Part shown: positions 51,043-60,855 of the stretch, in pieces
How the letters are laid out: every line of letters begins with the position of its first letter
Numbering within the stretch: the first letter of the stretch is position 1
From: Adhaeribacter swui
GTDB lineage: Bacteria; Bacteroidota; Bacteroidia; Cytophagales; Hymenobacteraceae
Length of the DNA stretch: 64,000 nucleotides
Reading direction: 5' to 3'
Assembly (NCBI RefSeq): GCF_014217805.1
Contig: NZ_CP055156.1
Location: 1,802,585-1,866,584 of the forward strand
The notes under the pieces: generated by a model
Seen by the model: only the letters and a program-made list of their open reading frames with translations
Databases searched by the model: none
Told to the model about the DNA's origin: nothing
Made by a program: the position numbers and the translations under genes

Positions 51043-52560
51043 TTATTTGTTAGCGGCCGAGCTTAACTTTTTTTTACGGATTAAATCCAGGGTAAAATCC
51101 ATTTCGGCATCGCGCTGTTGCAGAACATCGTCGATGGTAGGAATCACTTCGTGGTCGGGTAATACGCCCCGATCTTTGTAAGGATAACCCGATACCGCCA
51201 TGTGGTAATCCCATTGCGGCGTGGCTACTTCTATACCGGTGTTCGGTAACACCGCCACCACAAAAAAACCGCTGGTATTACCGTAATACCCCCCGCCGGT
51301 TTCGCGGCCCACAAACGTAGCGCGCTTATTATAATGGGCAATAGCGGCAAATTCCGAAGTTACTGAAAAGCTGTAGCCATCCGTTAACACGTACACGTCG
51401 CCTTTAAACGGATTACGCTGGGGCTTTTGCTCTTTTAAAGTTTTCTTGAAGGAAAAGGTATAATGCCCGTCTTTGCTTTTGGTAATAAAAAAGCGGCGGT
51501 AAAGCGAGAACATCTTAGGCACCCAGGCAATGTGTTCGGCAAAGCTGAATTTCTTCTTTTGAGCTACCCGCACCTTATTGTAATACCGGAACGGCTTTGG
51601 CGTGAGATACGAATACAGCAAAGAACCCCAACGATCAATCCCCCCTTCGTTGCCCCGCACATCGATAATCAGGTTTTGAATGTTCTTTGCATTTATCTGC
51701 CAGAAAGCATCGCGGTAAAACTTTTTTACATCCATCTGGTCTTTGTAAATATTAAAATTATCGATGCGCAGGACGGCGGTGCTATGGTCTTTGTACGCCA
51801 AACGCATGGGCAATTGCTTCGGCTTCTGGCTTTCTTTTTCTTTTTCGAGTTGCTGAATGGTAGCCAAAGTAATGGCGGGCACCTCCGCCGTTTTTACTTC
51901 GCCAGTAGAGTTTCGTTCCCGGTAAGTAATGGTATAACGGGCAGATGCCCCAATGTAAGTACCGTAGTAAAAAGGGAAAAAGTTGGTTAAGGATTGGTAC
52001 TTAATCGCCTGGCTATTCCCGTCGGCAAAATACACGGTGGGCAACAGCTTAGTTATGAGATCGGCTATGGGTTGGCCGTTGATAGCAACGATTTCGGCTC
52101 CCAAAGGAATGTTATTCAGGCCAGCATTATTCCGGACCAGGTGCGCTTGTTTGCCGGTAAAGTACAGGTCCAGGGGGAAAAGCTGATCCAGATTGTAATA
52201 ATATTGCCAGTGTTGGCGCTCGTGGGGCATGTACTTAATGTGGCCTTCTTTGATAGCCGCAATAATGGGCGTAGCCGCAACATAAAATTCCTGCTGGGTC
52301 ATGGGCCGGTTCAGGGTATTACCGATGCTATCGAAGAGTACATCGAACCGTTCTTTGGAGGTATAGCGGTAAAAGCCCGGGTGCGACTCATCCAGTATGG
52401 TGCGCATGAGTTTTAAATCGGCCTGCAATTGCGCGGGGGTAAATTGTTTCGTCGGGTCCGGTACCGGGGTGGAGTGGGTGGTCTGGCTCAGGCCTTGGTA
52501 CGAGCCCAGGGCAAACAGCGAAGAGAATAAACAGCGTTTCAAGTAGGTTAAAAGTTTCAT
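51043..52560 (-). CDS. S41 family peptidase, secreted
   Basis: Signal peptide; S41-like VYVLTDGYSFSVTSEFAAIAHYNKRATFVGRETGG. Confidence 0.7.
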   Translation of the reverse strand: MKLLTYLKRCLFSSLFALGSYQGLSQTTHSTPVPDPTKQFTPAQLQADLKLMRTILDESHPGFYRYTSKERFDVLFDSIGNTLNRPMTQQEFYVAATPIIAAIKEGHIKYMPHERQHWQYYYNLDQLFPLDLYFTGKQAHLVRNNAGLNNIPLGAEIVAINGQPIADLITKLLPTVYFADGNSQAIKYQSLTNFFPFYYGTYIGASARYTITYRERNSTGEVKTAEVPAITLATIQQLEKEKESQKPKQLPMRLAYKDHSTAVLRIDNFNIYKDQMDVKKFYRDAFWQINAKNIQNLIIDVRGNEGGIDRWGSLLYSYLTPKPFRYYNKVRVAQKKKFSFAEHIAWVPKMFSLYRRFFITKSKDGHYTFSFKKTLKEQKPQRNPFKGDVYVLTDGYSFSVTSEFAAIAHYNKRATFVGRETGGGYYGNTSGFFVVAVLPNTGIEVATPQWDYHMAVSGYPYKDRGVLPDHEVIPTIDDVLQQRDAEMDFTLDLIRKKKLSSAANK

Positions 52561-52655
52561 AGTTTGGATTGATTGAACGCTGCAAAACTATATGCTCCGG
52601 CAAGGCGAGTCGTCTTACCCGCTAAGTTCAGACGCTTTTTTTGGTAATTACAGGC

Positions 52656-53906
52656 CTAATCCGCTAAGTTCGGACGGTTCTGATGCTGGTTTTTCACGTA
52701 TTCCGAAGGTGTTTGGCCGGTCTGTTTTTTAAAAACGGCGTTAAAAGTAGCTTTAGAATTAAACCCGGCTTCTTCGGCCACGGCCAGGTTGGTGAGGTGC
52801 CGGTATTTGGGATCTACCAATAACAATTGCGCTTCGGCTACCCGGTATTGGTTGATAAAGTCGTAAAAATTTTTGCCCAGCCGCTCATTAATTACTTGCG
52901 ATAAATGGTGCTTCGGCATCTGCATGGTATCAGCCAGTTCCTGAATGGTTAGGTTACTTTGCCGGTAAGGCTTTTCCTGCTCCATATATTCCAATAATTG
53001 ATTGAGGTACAACTGGCTATCCTCGGGCTTTAACACCGATTTCTGGTATTTTGAATTCGCTGGTGCGGGCGTTTCTGAAGCTTGTATTATTATTGGCTCT
53101 TTTTCCTTCATCGGAGCAGCTAGCACTGGGGCGGTTTCCAGCAGAATAGCTGCGTTTTTTGGTTTAGCACTGGGCTTATCTAAAAAAATGCGCGGCTGCG
53201 ACAAGGTTTTGTAACCCACCCAGTAAATCAGGAAGACTACGCCGAAGTAGTGCAGGTGGTATTTATAGATAATGGTTAAAACCGGCAAACCCCATTTCTG
53301 CGCGTAAAAAGCCACCGATGCCACAAACAGAATGCTGAGTAAGGCATAGATAAACTGCCGCAGCCATTGTAACCGGATTTGCTCCACTTCCGAAAAGGTA
53401 TTTTCTATTTTGTGCCGGTATTTTTTTAATTCCCATAACGACAGCGCCAGGTAGAGCAAGATCAGGAACAAGGTAATTTGCCCTAAAAAGCCAAAGTCGT
53501 CTTTGCGGGCCAGTTCAAAATTGCTGAGATATGCTATTTTTTCGGCGGTAGATTTTAGAAAATAGGGCAATAAGTAAACAAACGTTAATAAAAACGGGAG
53601 AAAATGAACGCCATCTACCGGTTTAATCCTTGGGCGTTTAGCCGTTAGTTTTTGAATGAACAAGTAAATGAGCGGGGCGAACAGCGTAGGCAGCAACCAC
53701 CCTACTTTGCTTAAATGCGGAAATGCCAGAAAAAACTCGCGGGTATCAAAAGCCACTAACACCGATTGTGCCGAAATAAGCAAGATAAGCGCCGCTAATA
53801 ACTTATTAGCTAATTGGTTGGCCTTCCGGGTAGCTAATAAAAAGGCGAGGCAAACGCCTTGCAGCGCACCTCCCACCAAGATATATTGAACCGCCTGAAC
53901 AGACAT
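52656..53906 (-). CDS. membrane-anchored AraC-family transcriptional regulator
   Basis: ~6 N-terminal TM helices; C-terminal AraC HTH (TIQELADTMQMPKHHLSQVINE...TNLAVAEEAGFNSKATFNAVFKKQTGQTPSEY). Confidence 0.75.
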   Translation of the reverse strand: MSVQAVQYILVGGALQGVCLAFLLATRKANQLANKLLAALILLISAQSVLVAFDTREFFLAFPHLSKVGWLLPTLFAPLIYLFIQKLTAKRPRIKPVDGVHFLPFLLTFVYLLPYFLKSTAEKIAYLSNFELARKDDFGFLGQITLFLILLYLALSLWELKKYRHKIENTFSEVEQIRLQWLRQFIYALLSILFVASVAFYAQKWGLPVLTIIYKYHLHYFGVVFLIYWVGYKTLSQPRIFLDKPSAKPKNAAILLETAPVLAAPMKEKEPIIIQASETPAPANSKYQKSVLKPEDSQLYLNQLLEYMEQEKPYRQSNLTIQELADTMQMPKHHLSQVINERLGKNFYDFINQYRVAEAQLLLVDPKYRHLTNLAVAEEAGFNSKATFNAVFKKQTGQTPSEYVKNQHQNRPNLAD

Positions 53907-54155
53907 AAGCCAAACACTAAACGTATCAACAAAAATAAGTAATTCCGGCAGGTAGCAGTTGAATTAACTTAGAAATATAAAGCCAATACAAAGCTGATTT
54001 TTTAAATTTTTACATTTTACAAGTCTTTGTTTAGCTGGTCGTCGCTTTGTTTCGATAAACTTTAAAGAAGTTGATTTACCAGAGTTTAAAAGAAAAATCC
54101 CATCGGCTGTGCATGTAAACAGCCAATGGGATTATCAAAAGGAATTATCTTAAAT

Positions 54156-55268
54156 TTAAGCCAGCGTAAAATCCGGCAAAGGAATTATTTCGCCACCTTT
54201 CATGGCGGATTCGTGGGCCAGAATACCCACGCAGGTAATGTTAGCGGATTGCTGCGCATTGGGGTAAGGCTCGCGGTTTTCGACTAAGGCGGTTAAGAAC
54301 TCGTGTACCAGGTGCGGGTGCGAGCCACCGTGGCCGGAACCTTGAATAAAAGACAAATGCTGGTTGTCGCCGGAGTCGTACACACCTTGCTGGGTGAACG
54401 ACTGAATTTCTGCTGGCAGTAAATGTGCGTAATCCGGGGTTTTTACTCTTTCGGGGGTTTCGCCAGTATGGATTACGTTGTCTTCGTGTTCAATTAAGGT
54501 CCATTCAAACGTTTTCTTCGAACCGTACACGTCAAAGCTTTCGCGGTATTGGCGAGCCGTATTAAACAAAGAACGGGTTACTTCAGCGCTTAAATCGGAA
54601 TCTTTTAACTTGATGTGGCAGGACTCGATGGCAAACGGAGAACCGTATTTCGAAATTAAGTTTTCGTCGATGCGGCCGGAACCAAAGCACGATACGTATT
54701 CGGCCTGGGCTTTCGGCAAAGCCAATACCGGACCCACGCAATGGGTAGCGTAGTGCATGGGTGGCAAGCCTTCCCAGTACCCCGGCCAACCGGCCATTTC
54801 CTGTTGGTGCGAAGCCCGGATGAATTGCAGTTTACCTAATTCACCTTTTTCGTACATTTCTTTCACGAACAAAAATTCGCGGCTGTAGATCACCGTTTCC
54901 ATCATCATGTAGGTTTTGCCGGTTTCTTTTACGGCTTCTACAATCTGGCGGCATTCTTCTACGGTAGTGGCCATGGGTACGGTACAAGCTACGTGCTTGC
55001 CGGCCCGTAAAGCTGCCAGCGATTGCTCTGCGTGGCTTTGAATAGGGGTGTTAATATGTATAGCATCTACTTCCGTGTCTTTTAACAACTCGGCGTAATC
55101 GGTGTAGCGTTTTTCTATGCCAAAGGCGTCGCCTATTTCGTTCAGCTTTTCTTCGTTCCGCTGGCAAATGGCGTACATAATGGCGTTCGGATGCTTCTGG
55201 TAAATCGGAATAAATTCGGCACCGAAGCCCAATCCGACTATGGCTACTTTGATTTTTTGTTGGGTCAT
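54156..55268 (-). CDS. Gfo/Idh/MocA family oxidoreductase
   Basis: Start trimmed to MTQQKIKVAIVGLGFGAEF (Rossmann). The track ORF's N-terminal extension runs into repeat family A. Confidence 0.8.
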   Translation of the reverse strand: MTQQKIKVAIVGLGFGAEFIPIYQKHPNAIMYAICQRNEEKLNEIGDAFGIEKRYTDYAELLKDTEVDAIHINTPIQSHAEQSLAALRAGKHVACTVPMATTVEECRQIVEAVKETGKTYMMMETVIYSREFLFVKEMYEKGELGKLQFIRASHQQEMAGWPGYWEGLPPMHYATHCVGPVLALPKAQAEYVSCFGSGRIDENLISKYGSPFAIESCHIKLKDSDLSAEVTRSLFNTARQYRESFDVYGSKKTFEWTLIEHEDNVIHTGETPERVKTPDYAHLLPAEIQSFTQQGVYDSGDNQHLSFIQGSGHGGSHPHLVHEFLTALVENREPYPNAQQSANITCVGILAHESAMKGGEIIPLPDFTLA

Positions 55269-55352
55269 AGTTTTTATAATTTTTGAAATTAGTACGTTTT
55301 TGATTAAGTTCTTTTGGCTGTGCCTGGAGTCTGTTCCAGCCTCCAGGCACAG

Positions 55353-55503
55353 GTTCCATCTTGATTGAACGGGCTGAGTTTGCCTCATGGCCGGCGGGCC
55401 TCGTTTGACTCTTTCGGGCTGTCTAAGCTTCCTTTCCTCGCTCCGCTGCGGAATTCTGCTACGCAGAACCAGAACCTTAGAAGGTCCTCAATAGCCGAAC
55501 TGG
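55353..55503 (+). repeat. family A intergenic repeat, copy 4
   Basis: 5' arm identical to copy 1; middle identical to copy 3. Confidence 0.85.
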
Positions 55504-55729
55504 CGTCTTTGCTTTTAGCTCCGGCTTTTCTGATCAAAAAGAAAGAACGAACCTTCCTATATTGCTGCGAATTAAGATATTGCTCTTAAAACCTTTTAAT
55601 TTATTCCGTCATTCAGGAGAAATCTATTTGGCTTCGTAGTAAAATAGGTTCCTCCTGAATGACATCGGAAATAGTATTTTTAAATTTTTTAAATTTTGCC
55701 AATTAACGATGCAACAAGTAGCATTAGTC

Positions 55730-55937
55730 AGGTGCAAGAGTTTGACGCTAAACTGTTCGAGCGTTCAGCGAGTTTTTAGCGTCTTGACTTTTTTGGTTCT
55801 TTTTGTGTCAAGACAAAAAGAACAAATACACTAGCAATGAAACAGCTTCACTCTGAAATCATAGTTATAAAGTGGCTATGCGAACAAGAATCTACTGCTA
55901 GAATAGCAAGTCACGGAAGTAACTTCCGCGCCATAGG
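55730..55937 (-). repeat. structured ~200-bp intergenic repeat (family B/C), copy 2 (inverted relative to 888-1090)
   Basis: rc contains ...gtcaagacaaaaagaac.. and the terminal CTATGGCGCGGAAGTTACTTCCGTG palindrome. Confidence 0.8.
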
Positions 55938-55962
55938 ATGCTACCGTTATGTGAACAAAATA

Positions 55963-56874
55963 TCATCTCCCAACCAAAGCACTTGCTATACCATCTTCAT
56001 GCTTAACCTTTTCTTCCCCTCTGGCCCATTTTTTTAAAAATTGAATACCTTCCGAAGCAAAACCATCCTGGCTTTCGGCTAAGGGGCGCCAGATGCATAC
56101 GGCTCCGGCTAGCTCTTTCACGTTGGGCGTAAAACTTTCGATGGCGACGGCTCCTTGGTAATTAATGGCGGATAAGCCGCGATAGAAAGCATCCCAGCGG
56201 GTTTGGCCAGTGCCCGGTGTACCGCGGTAATTTTCGGATACTTGCACGTGCCGCAGTTTATCGCCTACTAGTAAAATGGCTTGCTCAATATCTGGTTCTT
56301 CAATGTTCATGTGGAAGCCATCCAGGGAAACCTGGGCCGCCGGATGGTTGATGTCACGGATTAATTGCATGACATCGCTGGCATTATTAATTAAGTCGGT
56401 TTCGAAGCGGTTGATAGGTTCCAGCGCAATGGCCTGGCCGTATTGCTCGGCGATAGTGCATACTTTCTGTAAGTTGGTAACGGCCCGGTCCCATTCAATT
56501 TTCTTTTGTTCCAGCGATACCAGCCGGGCTTTGCCTACCGCTGAATACATGGGGCCCGATACAAAGGAGCAGCCAATAGCTTCGGCAATCTGAAAACACT
56601 GGGTAATGTACTCGATGCTGTTGCGGTGGTATTGTTCGTCGTCGTGGGTTAAATCGCGGGTAGTACCAAAGGCGCCGCAAACCAAACCCTCTAGGCCATT
56701 AGTCTCTAAGGCTTCTTTTAACTTGGGCGCATCTATCAGGCCGGGATCTTCTACGGGAATCTCTACGACGTCGTAACCCATTGCTTTGATTTTAGGAAAT
56801 AACGCTAGCGTAGTTGAATCGAACGGAGAGGTCCAGAGCCAGGTGCTTACGCCAAATTTTACGTTTAATGCCAT
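55963..56874 (-). CDS. sugar phosphate isomerase/epimerase (xylose isomerase-like TIM barrel)
   Basis: Start trimmed to MALNVKFGVSTWLW; metal-binding E/D/H pattern of the AP-endonuclease-2/xylose-isomerase-like fold. Confidence 0.75.
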   Translation of the reverse strand: MALNVKFGVSTWLWTSPFDSTTLALFPKIKAMGYDVVEIPVEDPGLIDAPKLKEALETNGLEGLVCGAFGTTRDLTHDDEQYHRNSIEYITQCFQIAEAIGCSFVSGPMYSAVGKARLVSLEQKKIEWDRAVTNLQKVCTIAEQYGQAIALEPINRFETDLINNASDVMQLIRDINHPAAQVSLDGFHMNIEEPDIEQAILLVGDKLRHVQVSENYRGTPGTGQTRWDAFYRGLSAINYQGAVAIESFTPNVKELAGAVCIWRPLAESQDGFASEGIQFLKKWARGEEKVKHEDGIASALVGR

Positions 56875-56953
56875 AAAAATTAAAAAATTTGTGAGAAGTA
56901 AACGCGGTAGCTTTTTCATGCTGCCGCGTTTTTTAAATTTTAAGATTTCCGCC

Positions 56954-59900
56954 TTAGTTGGTTACTTTCATGACCCCGTTCATGATGCGCCAGTGGCCCG
57001 GGAAGGTACACACGTAAGGGTAATCGCCGGTTTTTTGCGGTACTTTAAACCGGATTACCGTCCGGCCTTCGGGATTTACCAGGTCGGTGGCAGCAATTAC
57101 CTCGTTCATTTTAGGCACGTAATTCTTTTCGGCACCTTTGGGGTCGGCGGCCAATTTATCGGCGGCAGCGCCTACTTTATCGGTCATGCCGGTCATTACG
57201 AGTACCCAGTTGTGCTGCATAAAGTCCGGGTTCTCCAGTACCAGTTCTACTACCTGACCGGCTTTTACCGTGAACGATTTTTTATCGAACTGCATCTGGT
57301 CTTTTACCACTTTCAGGTTAATGGTAACATCGGCCTTTTCAGTGGTAGGCACTGCAGTAACTACAATGGAACCTACTTCCAGGAACGTGTTGGATAAGTT
57401 ACCATCGAAGTTAAAATCGTCTTTGTACGGGCCAAACTTCTTGTCGTCTTTTCCTCCTACGCCAATGGCCAAATCAGAAGTAAGTGCTTGTTTAAATAAC
57501 CCGGGCGCTTTGCCTTCGGCTACCGTTTTGCCATCGAGCTGCAAAGCCATTTTCCCATTTTGGGCTAATTGGGCTACCACTTCGAAGCGGTTTTCCTGCG
57601 GTACCGGAGCCGAAATAGAGTACGGTTTACCTTTTTGTTTTACGAGTAGGGTTACTTTATCCTCGTTGATGTACAAGCCATAACCTTGGTTGGTGTCGCC
57701 GTGGGTCATAATAACGCCGCTGGGCTGGCCACTTCTGGGTTTAATAACGGCTGATTTAATGGTAATTTCTTTACCCACTACGTTCGGTGCTTCGGCGGCC
57801 GGCATCCGCGACCATCTTTCCAGCAAACGCACATCTTTATCTAAGCTTTGGGCTATCCGGGGTACTAAACCAGCAGATGCGGATTCCGATTTTTTAGTGT
57901 CTTTTTGCATGGCGCTTTTAAAACCCGCCTGGTGTTTTGTGGTAGCTACAAATAAAGCTTGCGCTAAAGCCGGATCTTTATCGTTATCGGGTGATAAACT
58001 AGCAGTGTAAATAGCCTGACCAATGTCGTCGGAAGTAGGCATTTCGGCAAGGGCCAGAATAGCCGTTAAACGAGTAGGCAGGGCGGAGTCATTAATCAGG
58101 TTAGATTTTAATAAAGCTTGTTTAACCTCCGCGTTTTTAGGTAATACCTGAATAGCTGTTTTGCGAACGCCAGCCGCCGGGTGCGACAAAGCCTTAATGG
58201 CGACCTGCAAAGCTTCTTGGTTAGATTCATCTAGGGCGCCTAAACCGTGCATGGTCCAGAGGGCGTGCACCGCCGGGGCATTTACGCCAATTTCGTCTAC
58301 ACTTTGGTTTGCCGCTATTTTGTACAGCTCCGGTAATACCGATTGGTGTTTACCTTCTACGATTAAACGCTGGGCCGTAGTGCGCCAGAACATGTTATCG
58401 TTGTTTAAAGCCGCTACTAAAGTTTCGGGTTTGTTTTTATCCAGTTTAACCGGGTCGTAAGGTTTCGCATTTTTGTAAACTACGCGGTAAATCCGACCTT
58501 TGTCGTGGTCGCGTAAAGGGTTAATGTAGGCGTTACCTTTCCCATTTTCGGCCTGGTAACCACCCCGATCCGGAGTTGGCGTAGGGTTGTGCTGAATAAT
58601 AAAGTCGTACCAATCGGCTACCCAAACGGCACCATCCGGACCAACTTCGGCGTGCACCGGGCCCATCCATTCATCAGAAGAAGCCATAAAGTTCCAGCCG
58701 TCTTTTTCTACGTAACCGGCGCCGCTCGGCTCCATAATAGCGTTATGCACTACGCGTCCGGTGGGTTCACACACAAAAGCAATGCGGTTCCAGTATTCTT
58801 TCGGGAAGTTTCTGGCGGTGTATAAGTTATGACCAGCCGCCGCGGTAAAACCGCCGTGCACGTCTACCTGGCGCAGGTTCGGCGTCATGGTGTGCATGTC
58901 GTAGTGGCCGTCGATTTTTTTAATTCCCTGAGCACCGCTGCCACCTACCAGCACTCTTTTTAAATTTTTATCGGGCATGTAATAATAAGCGCTGTGCGTA
59001 TTATTAGCCGTAGACAGAAACACGTCAAAGTTTTCGTTGAAGCCTAAGCCCCAGGTGTTGTTACTGGTTTTAGCTAAATATTCCAGGTTTTTACCATCGG
59101 GGTTAAAGCGGTACAAGCCCTGGCTGAAAGCAAGGTTCTGGTTTTCGCCGGTACCTTTAAAAGCCGAGTAACCTACCGTGCCCCAGATTTTATTATCCAG
59201 GCCATATTTTAAATTAGAAGGCCCGGCGTGGGTATCGAATTTTCCCCAGCCATCTATAATAACTTCGCGCACGTCGGCTTTATCGTCGCCGTTGGTATCT
59301 TTTAAGAACATAAATACCGGAGCTTGTGAAATAATAACGCCGCCATTAGCAAAAACAAGGCTGGTGGGGATGTTGAGTTTATCGGCGAAAATAGTAAACT
59401 TATCAGCTTTGCCATCGCCATTAGTGTCTTCGCAAATTTTAATGCGGTCATCGCCCACGCCATCTTCTTCGCGCACTTCGTTCGGGTAGTCTACGGTTTC
59501 AATTACCCATAAACGGCCGCGTTCGTCCCAGGCCATGGAGATCGGGTTGATAATGTCTGGTTCGGCGGCGAATAATTGCAAATCAAAGTCAACGGGTACC
59601 TGAATTAATTTCTGTGACTCGGCGGGGCTTAATGGATTTTGAAATTTCGGGGCCGGATCGCGTTTTTCGTAGTTAGGTACGGCAGCATCTACGTAGGTTA
59701 AAGTGGGTAAAGCCAGTTTTTCTACTTGTTTACTTACTTTATCGCCCACGGCCCATAATACGCCATTGCCAATTAATTTCTGAAAGCCAGGGTTGTTCCA
59801 GGTACGTTCGTCGTGGCCGTAAGCGGTATAAAATACGCGGCCTTTGCCTTGCTCCCGTACCCAGGTCCAGGGCTCTGGTCGGCCGCCTTCGTCGCGGGTC

Positions 59901-60451
59901 ATGAGTACTTTATTATCTGGATTTAACTTATCGTGCACGTAGGTTTCGTCCCAGGTAGAGAACTCGGTGATGTCCTGCATGGTAGGGTGCTTGGCATCTA
60001 TGATTTTAGCGGTGAAGTCGCCGGTTTTGTGGGTTTTAAACTGACCACCTACCATTTTGATGTAGTTCTCGGAGTTCTGGAAACAGAACGAGGCGCAGTG
60101 AATAGGAATAAAGCCTTTGCCGCTTTCTACAAACTCGGTTAAAGCTTGGTCCTGCTCCGGCGCAATTTTTTCGTGGTTTGCATAAATAATTAAACCATCG
60201 TATTTTTTTAAATTTTCTGAATTTAAATCAGCAGGGCTAGTGGTGTACGTGATATTAATGCCTCGGCTGAACAAGGCCGTAGCCAGTGTTGGCGCATACT
60301 TATTCGAATTGTGATGTTCGCTTTCATGGCCCAAAAACAAAACTTCGACCCGCCGGGGAGCCTGACTGGTGTTTTGGCTGGAGTTGGGGTTTTTCACACA
60401 ACTACCTACCAATAACGCCATCAAAAAAATGATAAAAATACTTCGTTGCAT
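56954..60451 (-). CDS. giant lipoprotein: ThuA (trehalose-utilisation) domain + beta-propeller dehydrogenase-like region + HEAT repeats + C-terminal cupredoxin-like domain
   Basis: Lipobox LLVGSC; ThuA-like N-terminus (GKGFIPIHCAS..); HEAT-like VHALWTMHGLGALDESNQEALQVAIKALSHPAAGVRKTAIQVL; C-terminal copper-site-like YVCTFPGHWRIMNGVMKV. Confidence 0.7.
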   Translation of the reverse strand: MQRSIFIIFLMALLVGSCVKNPNSSQNTSQAPRRVEVLFLGHESEHHNSNKYAPTLATALFSRGINITYTTSPADLNSENLKKYDGLIIYANHEKIAPEQDQALTEFVESGKGFIPIHCASFCFQNSENYIKMVGGQFKTHKTGDFTAKIIDAKHPTMQDITEFSTWDETYVHDKLNPDNKVLMTRDEGGRPEPWTWVREQGKGRVFYTAYGHDERTWNNPGFQKLIGNGVLWAVGDKVSKQVEKLALPTLTYVDAAVPNYEKRDPAPKFQNPLSPAESQKLIQVPVDFDLQLFAAEPDIINPISMAWDERGRLWVIETVDYPNEVREEDGVGDDRIKICEDTNGDGKADKFTIFADKLNIPTSLVFANGGVIISQAPVFMFLKDTNGDDKADVREVIIDGWGKFDTHAGPSNLKYGLDNKIWGTVGYSAFKGTGENQNLAFSQGLYRFNPDGKNLEYLAKTSNNTWGLGFNENFDVFLSTANNTHSAYYYMPDKNLKRVLVGGSGAQGIKKIDGHYDMHTMTPNLRQVDVHGGFTAAAGHNLYTARNFPKEYWNRIAFVCEPTGRVVHNAIMEPSGAGYVEKDGWNFMASSDEWMGPVHAEVGPDGAVWVADWYDFIIQHNPTPTPDRGGYQAENGKGNAYINPLRDHDKGRIYRVVYKNAKPYDPVKLDKNKPETLVAALNNDNMFWRTTAQRLIVEGKHQSVLPELYKIAANQSVDEIGVNAPAVHALWTMHGLGALDESNQEALQVAIKALSHPAAGVRKTAIQVLPKNAEVKQALLKSNLINDSALPTRLTAILALAEMPTSDDIGQAIYTASLSPDNDKDPALAQALFVATTKHQAGFKSAMQKDTKKSESASAGLVPRIAQSLDKDVRLLERWSRMPAAEAPNVVGKEITIKSAVIKPRSGQPSGVIMTHGDTNQGYGLYINEDKVTLLVKQKGKPYSISAPVPQENRFEVVAQLAQNGKMALQLDGKTVAEGKAPGLFKQALTSDLAIGVGGKDDKKFGPYKDDFNFDGNLSNTFLEVGSIVVTAVPTTEKADVTINLKVVKDQMQFDKKSFTVKAGQVVELVLENPDFMQHNWVLVMTGMTDKVGAAADKLAADPKGAEKNYVPKMNEVIAATDLVNPEGRTVIRFKVPQKTGDYPYVCTFPGHWRIMNGVMKVTN

Positions 60452-60855
60452 ATACTAATATTACTTTTTATGGTGCAAGAACTTATAATACAATTAAATA
60501 AGCTTACTAAAATTAGGACGCATTTACAAGTTTACTCTATTACTAAATCCAAAACTGCCTGTTTTTTAACTGAAATTTACTGTATATTGACTAGTTTAAG
60601 TCGGGTTTAAAGAAATTTAGGTACAATAAAAGGAGAGGGCTTATAAGCGGGTTGTAAATACCAGACGAAGCAATGGGCTTTTTAAGATTTAGCTGATTTG
60701 CGGATTGGTGTGTGAAGTCCAGTGCAAGTTAAAGATTAGCATTTATTCAGACGGGGTAAGATTACACACATCACTTTGTCTTGGTACTGAATTTCTGATT
60801 TCAAAAATTTTTAAAATTTTGTTATTTTTAAAAATTATCTATTCTCCTTGCCCGT

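Noticed and set aside
888-55937. Composite transposon / inversion bracketed by inverted family B/C copies 55 kb apart
   Set aside because: There is no transposase, integrase or recombinase anywhere between them, and the content is largely housekeeping. They are more likely dispersed small repeats.
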